Shown in pieces: positions 11,901 to 26,097 of a stretch of 64,000 nucleotides of DNA. This DNA is from Eledone cirrhosa (lineage: Eukaryota). The position numbers and the translations under genes were made by a program. The stretch is taken from NCBI GenBank assembly GCA_964016885.1, contig OZ024742.1:336350001-336414000 (forward strand). The letters run 5' to 3'. Every line of letters begins with the position of its first letter. The stretch's first letter is position 1. A model generated the notes under the pieces. The model saw only the letters and a list, made by a program, of their open reading frames with translations. It was not told where the DNA came from and searched no databases.

Positions 11901-12900
11901 AATAAGAATAATAACAATAACAACAACAAACAACTCGTATTTCATTCTATCGAAACGGAAAGGATGAAAAACTGATGGCTCAAAAGAATATTGGCGGAAT
12001 CTAAAAATATAAACCGCCACTAAATTAAAACATAACAGATCTGATATTGTTTGAAATTTCCTTTTATTTACAACCTTGCCACCGGGAAGGTGACGGGTCA
12101 AATTAAACTGAAAATTAAGAAAAAAAGAGACCACATATATACATACATATACATCTACACTCACACACACACATACAGAGAGGGAGAGAGAGAAAAAGAG
12201 AAAGATGTGTGTCTCAATATATGTATATATGTCATTGATGTTGTTTGATTGTCTATGTTGGTATGAATATATTTGGTATGAATATATGAATATATTTCTT
12301 CAGTGGAGTGAATGCCTATACACACGCGCGCGCGCCTGTGTGCGTGTGCGTCTCTACTTACGCGAACATTTATTTTTATAATCTTCATGGCATGACATTA
12401 AGATACTAATCTTCAAGGAACTGATTTAATGATAACTGGAAGTCGTTATAGAAATCTGATTGTCTTCAACGATCCTTGTGAACTAAACGCAATGTCATCA
12501 AAAGATGATAACGTGATTATTGGATTGGAAAAATAGCTCTGTGAAAAAAAGGGACTAAGGAATATAACAAAGCAAAATAGATCTAGTTGAGACAAGACTA
12601 AAATAAAATGGAGTCGCTTTGTAGTCATATATTTTGTTTGAGATAGCAGCGGAAAATCCTTTAAATCTCCATTAATGCAATTGTAGGGACACCGTAGTGA
12701 TACACAGCGTTCTTTTTTAAAGTGGAGTGGCATTACAAACTGGCAGAATCCATTCTTCTCAAGACGATTATTTCCAGCGTAGGAGAGGGAAATGAGAAAG
12801 AAATATAGAGGATGCAAGACAAAGTTGGCCTTAGTGGGATTTGAACACAGAGCATAGAGTGCTGAAACACACAACAGAGATCATTCTATTTAGCGTTCTA

Positions 12901-13085
12901 AGGGCGGTGGTTTGTCAGTATCGGTAGAGCGTCAGACACCATACTTTGCATCATAGTTATGGCCCTTTGCATTCTGAGTTCAAATCCGCCGAAGTTAACT
13001 TTGCCTTTCATCCTTACGAGGTCGATAAAATAAAGTACCAGTGATGCACTGGAGTAATCGTTGGCCTTGTGCCAAAAGTAGAAAC
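12901..13085 (+). mobile_element. tRNA-derived SINE family B (Meta-domain-like core) with a 16-bp TSD
   Basis: B box GTTCAAATCC and core CTTTGCCTTTCATCCTTACG.GGTCGATAAAATAAAGTACC. TSD TCTATTTAGCGTTCTA at 12885-12900 and 13086-13101. Confidence 0.85.
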
Positions 13086-13315
13086 TCTATTTAGCGTTCT
13101 AGCGATTGTCACTTTGCCGCGTTCTATAAAATTGACTCTACTGTTTAAAAAAGGAAAGGCATCTTAACTGGACAGAGCAAAGACCGAGCTGCTACGTTGT
13201 CATGGTAGAAAGAACAGCAGAATATTCTTTAAATCGCGCCTTACGCATACATACAAACATACATACAAACATACATACGTATATACAAACATACATACAT
13301 ATATACATACATACA

Positions 13316-13822
13316 TGGTGGCTGCCCCCTCGTTATCGAGTATGGCCATTGCACGATATACCATTATTAATAATTATTAATTAATTCTATCGTGCAATGC
13401 CTGTGCGTGAAGATATTTTTAAAAATGAGGAAACACTGTGCACTGAGCCAATTCCACTCTCTGAACGACATTAGCTATAACCCGAAAAGAAGAAAATATC
13501 AACATCATCGATAACTACTGAGCCGCAGGTTTTATATTGGGGTTATCCCAGTTTCCTGAGTTGCCTTCTCCTAGAAGAATGCCCTGACAAAGACTAGGGG
13601 TCCTTCGCTCACAGTGGTTTAACCGCGCGGTACATGTGTATATACATATTTACACACTTTTCGATGGCCCTTGACTCTTATGAGTTCTTCCGCCCTTTGT
13701 CAGATTTTGTTTTTGTCAAAAATCACCCTCCTCACCAAGTAAACTTGGTGGGGTTGCCGATTTAGTGGCCGACGACCCGACCATGCGACAGGTTGTACTG
13801 GGTTACATGTTACCAGTAGCAC
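13316..13822 (-). mobile_element. Non-autonomous RTE-derived element, short subfamily, in (TACA)n; a partial tandem copy lies at 13871-14005
   Basis: Homologous to 4542-5068 and shares its 5' end with the 8785-9390 element. (TACA)n on both sides. Confidence 0.72.
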
Positions 13823-14099
13823 ATACATACATACATACATACATACATACATACATACATACATGATGATGATGGCTGCCCCCTCGTTATCGAGTATGGC
13901 CATTGCACGATATACCATTAATAATTATTAATTAATTCTATCGTGCAATGCCTGTGCGTGAAGATATTTTTTTAAGTGAGGAAAGACTATGCACTGAGCC
14001 AATCCCATAGATACCAACAAAAAAAAATGATCACCCAAATAATGCCTCGTAGTCTGAATATAGGCAAGTGAGAAAAACCCCGGTTAAGAAAGACCATAC

Positions 14100-14247
14100 T
14101 CGGAAATCTGCCCATAATCTCATGAAACAACTCTTAGCCTCTGGGAAGAATAGTACCAAAGTCCTTAAAATAATATCAGAGGCAGCTGTGAGGAGTTCTA
14201 GGTGGATCTGGTCGAGGAGGAACAAAGACAACCTTGAACCCGTTTGA
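14100..14247 (+). pseudogene. Hero/NeSL-like RLE LINE C-terminal fragment
   Basis: Translates RKSAHNLMKQLLASGKNSTKVLKIISEAAVRSSRWIWSRR, resembling the EAAE.S.W(L/I)W..R end of Hero-type elements. Confidence 0.5.
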
Positions 14248-15100
14248 GGGCATTATGTTTGTATTCGTCGGACGCCATGCTTTGCAACATAGAGTTACGT
14301 CCCTTTATGGTCTGAGTTCAAATCCCACCGAGGTTAACTTTGCCTTTCGTCCTTACTGGGTCAATAAAATAAAGCACCAGTAATGCACTTGAATAATTAC
14401 TGGCCTTGTGCCACAAGTAGAACCAATTATGTTTGTAGTATAACGTACGCTAAGGGAAATAATTCTGAGTGAGTCATGGTTGTAGTGTTGGTGGCGGTGG
14501 TGACTCATTTTGACATCTCACCGCAGGCTATGACTACCAACGTTATTTTTTCAAAATCAAGATAGCGTTTAAATATAAATTTGAAAGCACTGGCAAGGAA
14601 GCAGAGTTCCAACTCGATCTTGTCAACAAATTCTTCATAAGGTTTAAATGCACAAGTCTCTGACATCAATGTAGCTAAAAGATGTCAGCAGGACACCCAG
14701 GAGTTATGCCCTGGATGCAGCCCGGTCCCGTTAGAGTGTAAGAAGTTAAAGGCCAAAACGCTTGCATGAGGTGGGACGGAGATCTCTGAAGACCTTCTGC
14801 TGTCTAACTCTCCTGGGAGAGTTTACCACTCACACATATATATAGAGAGTGAGAGAGAGACTAATATTCATTACTTCAAAACAACATTGCAATATAGATG
14901 ATAATTGAAACTTTTCTATCCTTTCAATAGAAGTATAACAATTTGTGTGCATGATGTTGTTAGACAAGATGTCTCACGATAGAAACACCTGGCTTGGAAT
15001 AATGCTTTGCTATGAGTGTGTCTGTGTGTGTCTGTGTATGAATATATATAGGTGTATGTGTAGATGTCTGGCTACGTCTGTGCTTGCGGATGTTTACATA

Positions 15101-15197
<97 letters not shown>

Positions 15198-15663
15198 CAT
15201 ACTTAGGCATGCAAACTTCCGTAGATAATTGGTTTATATATTTATGAATACTAATGAATGGGAGAGAAAAATAATTTCAGAAAAAAACTTCTTCAATATA
15301 CTTTCAATATAAGACATGAAAAATATATGCAGTATGTGGCATTGTTGGCGCAGTGAGAGTAGTGCCTCCTGGTGGGTATTTTTTTTATTCCTTTTATCGT
15401 CGTTTATTTATTTATTTGTTTGTTTTATATATACATTCATTTATTATTATTATTATTATTAATAGTAGTAGTAGTAGTAGTAGTAGTATCCTTATTTTTG
15501 TTGTATTACTTCTTTAGTACATTGACCTAATTATCCTAAATATTCTAAATATATATATATAGACAATGATATATTTACAAGATAGACTGATGTACAGTCA
15601 GACGACCAGATGGTTAAATTGTGTAAACACACACACACACACATGTATAGATACATAATACAT

Positions 15664-15696
<33 letters not shown>

Positions 15697-16008
15697 AAGT
15701 TTATATGGTTCGTTGATTATTCAACGAATTCAATTTTACAATAGACTAGAAGCACTCGACTGTAATTTATCTGGAGTATTTAATATTATTCAAAATATTA
15801 ATAAATGAAAAATATCTTTATAACCAAAATATATATTTTATTATACATATTCCAACGGTACAATGGTCTTTCGGTACGTTTTCATCAGATAAAATATATG
15901 AGAGATTATATATATATATATATATATATACACGCACGCACACACTCACATATATATATATATATGTATATACACACACACACACACATATATATATACA
16001 CACACACA

Positions 16009-16054
<46 letters not shown>

Positions 16055-16085
16055 CACACACATATATATATACACACTCACACAC

Positions 16086-16121
<36 letters not shown>

Positions 16122-16254
16122 ATGTGTGTGTGTATATATATGTGTGTGTGTGTGTGTATATATATGTGTGTGTGTGTGTATATATATATGTGTGTGTGTA
16201 TATATGTGTGTGTGTGTGTATATATATGTGTGTGTGTGTGTGTGTGTATATATA

Positions 16255-16301
<47 letters not shown>

Positions 16302-16334
16302 ATATATATGTGTGTGTGTGTGTGTATATATATA

Positions 16335-16400
<66 letters not shown>

Positions 16401-16406
16401 ATCTCA

Positions 16407-16469
16407 TATTTTATCTGATGAAAACGTACCGAAAGACCATTGTACCGTTGGAATATGTATAATAAAATA
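16407..16469 (+). ncRNA. Hammerhead of the same family with GAAA changed to GGAA; mirror copy at 15834-15896 (-)
   Basis: UAUUUUAU-CUGAUGA-aAACG...CGUU-GGAA-UAUGUA-UA-AUAAAAUA. Confidence 0.6.
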
Positions 16470-17514
16470 TATATTTTGGTTATAAAAATATTTTTCATTT
16501 ATTAATATTTTGAATAATATTAAATACTCCAGATAAATTACAGTCGAGTGCTTCTAGTCTATTGTAAAATTGAATTCGTTGAATAATCAACGAACCATAT
16601 AAACTTTATATATATATATATATATACCTACATAGAGCACTCTTTTTTCCTGGACTTTTCCGACGAAATTACTTCACATATATATATATATAGATATATA
16701 CAAAGGACGAATCAAAACAACAAATATTATTAGAACTTTGTGTTTCTCAATAAGTTCAATAGAATTTAGCTAGAGCCATAATAACCAAATTAAAAGATAT
16801 ATATTTATATATAGAGAGAAAGGGTTTATTATGTGTGGCCCTTTCTCTCTCTATATATATAAACCTATAACTTTTAATTTGGTTATATATACATAGACAC
16901 ACACACACACACACATACACACACACACACACACACACGCATATATGTAGATGTATATGTATATGTATATGTAGATGTATATGTATATGTAGATGTATAT
17001 GTATATGTAGATGTATATTGCTTTACTTTTTACGGTGGTGGTGGTTGTGGTGGTGCTTGTTGTAGTAATAGGAGGCGGGACTGGTGAAGTTGCTTTAAAG
17101 TTTTATTATTGCAAAAACACTATATTTCAATGATCTGGTTACGTAAGATCCTGGCGACATCATCAGTTGCAGATTGTATAATTAGTTACTCAATAAACGA
17201 ATCACGGCATACACAGAGAAAATATTTGTTTCGGAGAAAGCCTGCGACTTAGGTATTATTGTTATCGCAGACCATCCCCGAATCAGGCCATTGAAATATA
17301 TATAGTGTTTTTGCAACAATAAATCTTTAAATGAACATTATTAGTCCGGCCTCCTGTTATTTTAATCAAACGAATATTTAACTCCGTTCCTGCACCAGCT
17401 ACAGAATTCAACATCATCGATGGATGAGTTGCGTGACGTAGAGTCCTTTTTCTACTATGGCTAACTAAACAGAATGACCAGTTCTATCCAGTGGTGATGA
17501 GCCACTAAACATAA

Positions 17515-17545
<31 letters not shown>

Positions 17546-17673
17546 CAAAGGGCGGTGCCCCAGCATGGCCTCAGCCGGATGGCTGAAACAGGTAAAAGAG
17601 TAAATAAAGATTCAGCGAGAATCGCATTTTCGGCGGACAGGAAAAGCGAAGCGAAACGCAAAAATCAGAAATG

Positions 17674-17793
<120 letters not shown>

Positions 17794-17932
17794 GTGTGTG
17801 TGTGTGTGTTTAATGGTAGCTATGGTACTTCCATAGGCGGTATGCCAGTTGAACACTCTGTGTTCTTACAGAGCAGAGTGTGATATAATATAAAAAAAAC
17901 GAAAAGTGATGCATCAAGACTCAGTTTATTTC

Positions 17933-18021
17933 ATGCTACAATTGTTTCGCCGGCAGATAGCTCGAGACATGATCATTGTATGGATCTGCCTGATTCTATA
18001 AACTGCGGGTTCTTCGGACAC
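17933..18021 (-). ncRNA. Hammerhead-like motif (CCGAAGA variant)
   Basis: GUGU-CCGAAGA-aCCcGCAG...CUGCcGGc-GAAA-CAAUUG-UA-GCAU, followed by AAUAAA. Confidence 0.55.
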
Positions 18022-19445
18022 ATGCAATGCTTTCGGAGAAAATTTTCTCACTGGGGTGATAGCTTCAAAAAACATCTTCCACTCTTGTCTTGCCATTGGC
18101 TGTTGTTTTTCTACGTCATCATAAATTCTGGTCAATATATATATATATAAAATGTTGTCTCGAAAATCGAGTTGAAGCGCAGCTGCTTTAGAAATTTATA
18201 GAATAATTTGAAACTCAGCGCAAAGGAAAACTGCCAAAACAGTAAAATATCTTCAATGACAACGTTGCCTAAGACTTACCTGAAGGACAGGAATAAGCAG
18301 CTGGAAGCGTGTTGGTCCAGAGAAGTGGTAGAGAGGAGTAGTGGAAGAATGGAAATGAATGAAACAAAAGAAACACACACCATTATATTGCGTTATCAGC
18401 CCCAGCACCGGCATGTAGTTTCTCGCGAATTTAAGCTTAGCGTACTGTATATAATTGCTGGCTCGCACATCAGAAATAAATTGTTTCTGTTCACATGATG
18501 TGTGTCTGCCAAAATGAACAAATAGATGGGTAGACGGATAGATCGGAGCGGGAGAGATATGGGACACGCCTGCTAGATACCAAATCAAAACTAGAAAGGA
18601 CACTCGGAAGCAGTAGCAGGCGGAAGTCATACGAAAAATAACAGGTGCAAAGGTAGAGAGATGGAGAGATAAGGGACACGTCTGCTCAATAACACATCAA
18701 AAATAGAAAGGATAATCGGAATTAGTAGCAGGCGGAACTCACAGAAGGAGTGACGGGTGAAGAGGTAGAGGGAAAGGGAAGCACAACAAGAAGGAAGGGG
18801 GAGAGAGAGAAGGGATGAAAGTAGTGAGAAGTGAAGGTGACGGGTAGAGGAAGGACAGGAAGGAGGAAGAATACGACTAGCAAGAAGAGAGGAGAGGGTG
18901 AGAGAAAGGATGATATATAGGGATGATGAAAAGGAAAGAAAGGGTGAGCAAACTTCTAGAATAGAAAATTACTTGTTGCTGTGGATACATGTAAAGGAAC
19001 TGTAGTCTCGAAATTCGAGTTGGAGCGTAAGTGTATTAGAATAACGAGAAGTCATCGCAAATGAAACTGCCAAAACAGAAAGTGAAAGGTAACAAGATGA
19101 AGGCGAAGAGAGAGAGAAAGGATGAACGCAATTAGGGGTCAGGGCGATAGGTAGAGGAGGAGAGAGGAAGAAAAGAAAACAAATAGTAAGGGAAAAGGAG
19201 AGAGACATAAAGAGAAAGGAAGAAAGATAACGAGAACGAGAAGGAAAAGGAAAGAAAGAATCAAATAATTTTCAGTCAGGTCACCTGCCCAGAATAGAAG
19301 GTTACCTATAGCTAACAAAATGTAAACAAAGTGTTGTCTCGAAAATCGAGTTGAAGCGCGAGTGCATTAGAAATTTATAGAATAATTTAAAACTCAACGC
19401 AAAGGAAAACTGCCAAAACAGTAAAATATCACCAATGACGACGTT

Positions 19446-19491
<46 letters not shown>

Positions 19492-20223
19492 GCATTGTGG
19501 CAGCTAGATCGATTAATATAAATTGACAGAGTTTCGTTTCAAGGCTATATTATACTACAGGATATATCTATATATGGATCACCTTGTTTAATAACGTCGT
19601 GGACAGGATGAGATAGCTCGGCCAGATAGTTTGTAGCCTGTATTTTGTTTGACTTAGTATCCGCTTTAACGCTCCACGGACGCACTGCTTGTATACCCAC
19701 TAGCATCAAGTGCTTGCTTGGCAACTAGTTCGAGACAAAAGTCCTGATAGACGGGTTTGACATCGTACAGGACATTCAGATCTGGAAGCGGCAAATCTGA
19801 TCCTGTGAAACATATGGCATGTAGTGAGAAATTATGGTGAACATCATGTCGCACACACATTGTCAACTTGCAGCAGGATATTGGCCTGGAGTCTCGCTAG
19901 GTTGTGAAGATGGCAATGAGAGATATAGAAGTGTCATTGTTGTCGTGTCACATACATTAACAAGCTGCAACAGGACACTTGTCTTGAATCTATCCAGCAA
20001 CTGAAGATGGCAATGTGAGACAGATGTGCTTGAATGATAAGATGTCAGATACATCAACAATTTGTAACAAGATGCTAATCTGGAATCTGTCTTAGTTACT
20101 GAAGATGACAAAGATAGACAGGGAAGGGTGGTGCATGTCATGTCATACATTTACAACCAGCCTGAAATCTATTCAGGAACTGGGAATGGTGGTGTGGAAA
20201 GAGACTTCTACATTATCAGCATT

Positions 20224-20403
20224 TTGTTTTATGCTAGACTATACCTGTATGTGTATAAACAAACATAATCCCCCCCCCCCTTGTTTTATGCTAGACTATA
20301 CCTGTATGTGTATACACAAACATAATCCCCCCCCCCTTGTTTTATGCTAGACTATACCTGTATGTGTATACACAAACATAATCCCCCCCCCCCCTTGTTT
20401 TTA
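20224..20403. repeat. Three-copy ~57-bp tandem repeat
   Basis: TTGTTTTATGCTAGACTATACCTGTATGTGTATACACAAACATAAT(C)n repeated three times. Confidence 0.9.
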
Positions 20404-21797
20404 GGTAGTCTATGTGAAGGCGCGTGGCTTAGTGGTTAGAGACTTGGATTCGCAATCGTGTGATTGCCAGTTCAATTCTCGGATCGGTTGATGCGTTGTG
20501 TCCTTGAACAAGTCACTTTATTTCACGTTGCTCCTTCTGACAGGAGTTGCGACCGGTAGATAGTATCAGTAATGGAAAGACCGCTAGAAACATTGTTTCC
20601 TTGGTCTTTGATGAGGTCTACTCCCCTCGGCAAGCGAATGAGGCCTGGGATCTTGTCGATCGATCAGAGATGTGTTTTAATCTCTTTCGATTTTCCGGCA
20701 CTGATAATTCATGGATTATCCGTGGAGTGGGCCATCTCGAGCAGTAGACTTCATCATTTCATCACAATTCCGGCTTAGTGAATAACAGGCTACAATATGT
20801 ATGTCACCGCACGTTTACTCTACTCAGCCATTGCGGCTTTCACAGTAGGTACTGTAAAGTAGAAGATATTAAATTTAGATCAACACACGATTCACACTAT
20901 GCCGATCTACTATGCAAAAATATGGAAAATATATTGAATATTATTTTTGCATATAAGATAGCTATTACAGTGGACGAACCCATTTAGCCTTTTGTTTATT
21001 CATTGCACATACTCACACACACGTGTGTGTGTGTAATGAATAAATAAAAGGCTGTATATATGTGTGTGTGTGTTGAATATCTATATCTATATACATATAT
21101 ACATACTTACGTACATACATACTTACAAACACACACACTCATACAGTTTTCACTCATCTTTGCATAGTCTGTTTCAATATAATTGAATGCTTTGTGACAT
21201 TAGCTGTGCCTTTGAGGCCATCTTAGTCACCCAAGTTTCGTGATAAAGCATCCATTTTTGTTGTAACTTCAAACATGGCGCATTTGAACAGTCGTGTATT
21301 ACAGCCATTTATTCGTCATTCGATCAAAGCCGTGAAATTAATCAATATATAGATATTTGTTATTGTTATTGTCATCGTAGTTGCTGTTTTTGTTGATGTC
21401 GTGGTTGTGGTTACCAAGTGTGCAATAGTAACAGTCGTTGTTGTGGTTGCTATATTTGTAGTAGTAGTAGTAGTAGTAGTAGTAGTTATAGTTGTTGGTG
21501 TTGTTGCCGTTGTTTGTAGTAATAATACAATAGACGTTGTAGTTGTTAGTATTGTTGTTGATGTTATGTTTGTAATAGTTGTAGCAGTTAAATATGACGT
21601 TGCTTCTGTTGTTATTGTGGTGTTGGTATCAGTAGTATTGGTGTGGTTGTGATGTTTCTAGCTGTAGTTGTGGTTGTGGTTGATTTTCTTTGCTGCTGCT
21701 GTATACGATTTTTCTCTACATACTAAATACATAAATTCACTTTGATGAGTATGTATAAAGTTCCTTAGTTTGTTTTAGCCATGGCTGCTATGCATAT

Positions 21798-21872
<75 letters not shown>

Positions 21873-21977
21873 ACGTAAACCTGTATACATGTAAACACAG
21901 GCATGCACAACATCTAATGGTGTATACTGTTGCTACATATAAGTGCATATGTATATGCATACGTATATGTGTATGTG

Positions 21978-22017
<40 letters not shown>

Positions 22018-22494
22018 TACGCACGCAGGCACGCGCACATACACACACACATACACACACACATATATATATATACATATACATATACATATGCACTTTA
22101 CACTTATATGTAACTGTATACATCATTATATGCGTATATGTGTGTATGTCTGTGTTTACATGTATACGCGTATACAGGTTTACGTTTATCTTATTGTGTG
22201 TGTGTGTGTGCGCGCGCGTGTCTGTGTATGTATTAGTATGTGTTTGTGTTTTACTGTGCGTTTGATAAAGCCATAAAACTGAAGATATCTTTCCATTGAT
22301 CAACTGGTATATCGAACAACAGCAGCGTATATGAGATATCTATGTTGACATATGCGTACCCATTCGCATACATGAAAACACATTGTCTATACTTGAGAGT
22401 GAGAAAAGGTCGATAAAGTTATAAACTTAGGAACTGTATAAGTTTTATTAGAAAATACAAGAAGGGTCTAAAAAAGAAATTGGCTATGTGTGTG

Positions 22495-22553
<59 letters not shown>

Positions 22554-22562
22554 ATGTATGTA

Positions 22563-22655
<93 letters not shown>

Positions 22656-22660
22656 ATGTA

Positions 22661-22723
<63 letters not shown>

Positions 22724-22730
22724 ATGTATG

Positions 22731-22928
<198 letters not shown>

Positions 22929-23859
22929 GAGTGCCTTGTCCAGGGACCCAACGCGTCGCCAGGGATTGAATCTACACGGTTTTTGCTGATTGATCTCAAC
23001 ATGTGAATGATAAATGTTCCACGGTCGTCCAACTTATGAATGAACGTGTAAGTGGTTGAGTATTCCACAGACATGTGTGATCTTAACGTAATTCCCAATC
23101 CGAAGCTGCGTGACACATCATTTCACAAGGCGGACATTTTAAATTATATGCACGATTCATCAGTACTGCCCAAGATACCACGCAATATGATCGAACGTGG
23201 GACCTATTGCTCACAGAGCGAGCTTCTTTACTATTTAACCATTCTCGTGTTCTTTACAGGATATTCATTTTATCGACATCCCTAGGGGCAAGTCAACATC
23301 CCGTGTAGCGATACTTGATTTCGGATGGTAAAGCGTCGAGAATAAATGTCTCTCAAATCACCACTTCCTTCATATTTATTGTATTCGAATCCGCTCCCAG
23401 TGGGATCAACTTTATATTTCGTTCTTTAGGGCCCACTAAATAAAATACTAAGTCCAGGAGCGGTGGATTGGCAGATCTGACGATCAGTTTTTTTCCTTTC
23501 TTTTACCTTTATAAATATATTAACCTCACTTCTTTTAATTCACATACACAGATAGAATAAGTGATTTGTCTTATATTGACTTAGGTTTTTTTATTGGTAA
23601 AGGAGTATGCTTGTGTCTGTATCTCTGTCTATACATTTATGTGTATAAATATGTGACAGTGTTTTTGTGTGTGTGTGCGTGTTTTATTGTGTATAGTTCC
23701 ATGGATAATCGAATATATATGTATCTTTATAAAATTGTGTGCATGTCAATGTATATGTGTACGTTGGTGATAAAATATTAGTTTATGATGTATTACAAAA
23801 TATAAATATTTTGGAAAGGGGTTTGCATGTTTTTACCACCCTTGACTAAAAACATTGAT

Positions 23860-24770
23860 TACTATAATGTGGCTTACTAAATAGATTCTGACGTTCTAGA
23901 TAATAGAGGTATGGGGATGTTTTTACTATAATGCTGTTTACAATATAGATATTGGTATTGTAGATTATAAAGGGAATTATCTTCACTGTAGTATAGTTTA
24001 TAATATAGATTCTGATATTCTAGATAATAAAAGAAACTATATTTGTATTATAGGAATGTAGATCAGTATATAGATATTGGTGTTCTAGATGTTAAATGTA
24101 TTTATGTATCTTTCTTTGATTGTTGTAATGTGGATGACTATATAGTTATGCGTACTGTAGATTACAAAGAATGCTATCTTTACTTGAACGGACCTATTTG
24201 ATTACTGTTATGTGGTTCAGTATAAACATATTGGTGTCCTATTTAAAAAAGGAAACTATCTTCACTGTAATGTGGTTCATGAGGATTGGCAGTATCGGTA
24301 GAGGGTCGGGCGCCATGCTTTGACGCATAGAGTTACGGCCCTTGCCATTCTGAGTTAAAATCCCGCCGAAGTTAACTTTTCCTTTCATCCTTACGGGGTC
24401 GATGAAATAAAGTACCAGTAATGCACTGGGTAATTGCTGGCCTTGTGCCAAAAGCAGAAACAATTATATATAGGCATTTTAGATGATAAAGGACTATATT
24501 TTATGTAATTCTTTAAATTGGTATTGGTGTTCTAGTAATTAAAAGGATCTGGCTATAGATAATGAAAGAAGCTACTATTAATGTAATGGCTTACTATATA
24601 GTTATAGGTGTTCTAGATAATAAAAGAAGCTATCGTTAATGTAATCTGGTTATTATGTAGCTATTGGTATTCCATCTATCAACTGCAATGTGGCTTACTA
24701 TATAGATAATGGAATTCTACATATTAACAGAAACTCTCATTATTGTAATGCAGTCTACTATATAGATATC
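23860..24770. repeat. Degenerate ~60-bp minisatellite interrupted by a SINE (24283-24465)
   Basis: Recurrent TATAGATATTGGT.TTCTAGATAATAAA.GAA.CTAT.TT.A.TGTAATGTGG.TTAC-like unit. Confidence 0.7.
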
Positions 24771-25204
24771 GTTATCAACTTTAATAATTCGCTGTGTATT
24801 TGTGTATGTATGTGTGTGTGTATATATTCACTGATTTGCTTTTAGCGCGTAATCATAGATAGTTAAATCTGTTCCTTTGCTGATGATCCAAGATTTGACA
24901 TTTATGATTCACCAATTAATGGTGAAATATATTTCTTCAATGGAATAAATACAAAGGAGATTAATTATTATTGCAATATTCAAGGTTCTTGTTAATTTTA
25001 ATATGTTACCTCCGTAACTATGTGTATTTAAACTCTTTACAAAGTATCCCCTGTAATAGTTTCATATGCTTATTTTATTTATATATCATTCGACTTTTAA
25101 TTTAATGTTAATAAATGCTCGGATTTATTACTTTGAATCTTTGAGCTTATTCCACAGGTGATTCTGATATTGTGAGGCATGGCATCTTTAATCTAATTTT
25201 GGTA

Positions 25205-25252
<48 letters not shown>

Positions 25253-25576
25253 TTTGGGAGGGTCATAATAATTGTTTCTACTTTAGGCACAAGGCCAGCA
25301 ATAACCCAGTGCATTACTGGTACTTTATTTTATCGACCCCGTAAGGATCAAAGGCAAAGTCAACCTCGGCGGGATTTGAACTCAGATCGTAAAGGGACGT
25401 AACTATGCTGGAAAGCATGGCATCCGACCCTCTACCGATACTGCCAATCCACCGAGGGTCATAATAACAATATCGGTTTCAACACAAGTTTTCAGATAAA
25501 GAATCTTGCTAAACAAATTCAGAAACGATATATATATATATATATATACTACCAAAATTAGATTAAAGATGCCATG

Positions 25577-25683
<107 letters not shown>

Positions 25684-26000
25684 ATAAACACACACAAATA
25701 AATCATAAGACACAAAACATTTACTGTCTTAACAAGTTTATCACGAATTCTTGTTCCAACTACGATCTCTACATCCTTCTTATTTCCCCTCTCCAGCTCC
25801 CTATAACTCACCCCCATCCTCACTTACATAACACATAAGACTACCAGGAACTATACGCAACTACATCGTCTACACAACCCACCATATATATATATATAAC
25901 AAACGAATTGTGGTAAGGAACCAGATGGACCATAACGCACCAGAGTACTCAATACTTAAGGTAGTAGAGTGAGTATTAGGAAAATGTTTAACCCCGATGG

Positions 26001-26097
<97 letters not shown>

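Noticed and set aside
15805-16498. Long ORFs on both strands with identical N-termini (MKNIFITKIY...)
   Set aside because: They arise from the palindrome and microsatellite. The same applies to all [12 protein letters not shown] and FLSF ORFs (e.g. 9254-10079, 22480-23006, 38819-39701, 55202-56037).
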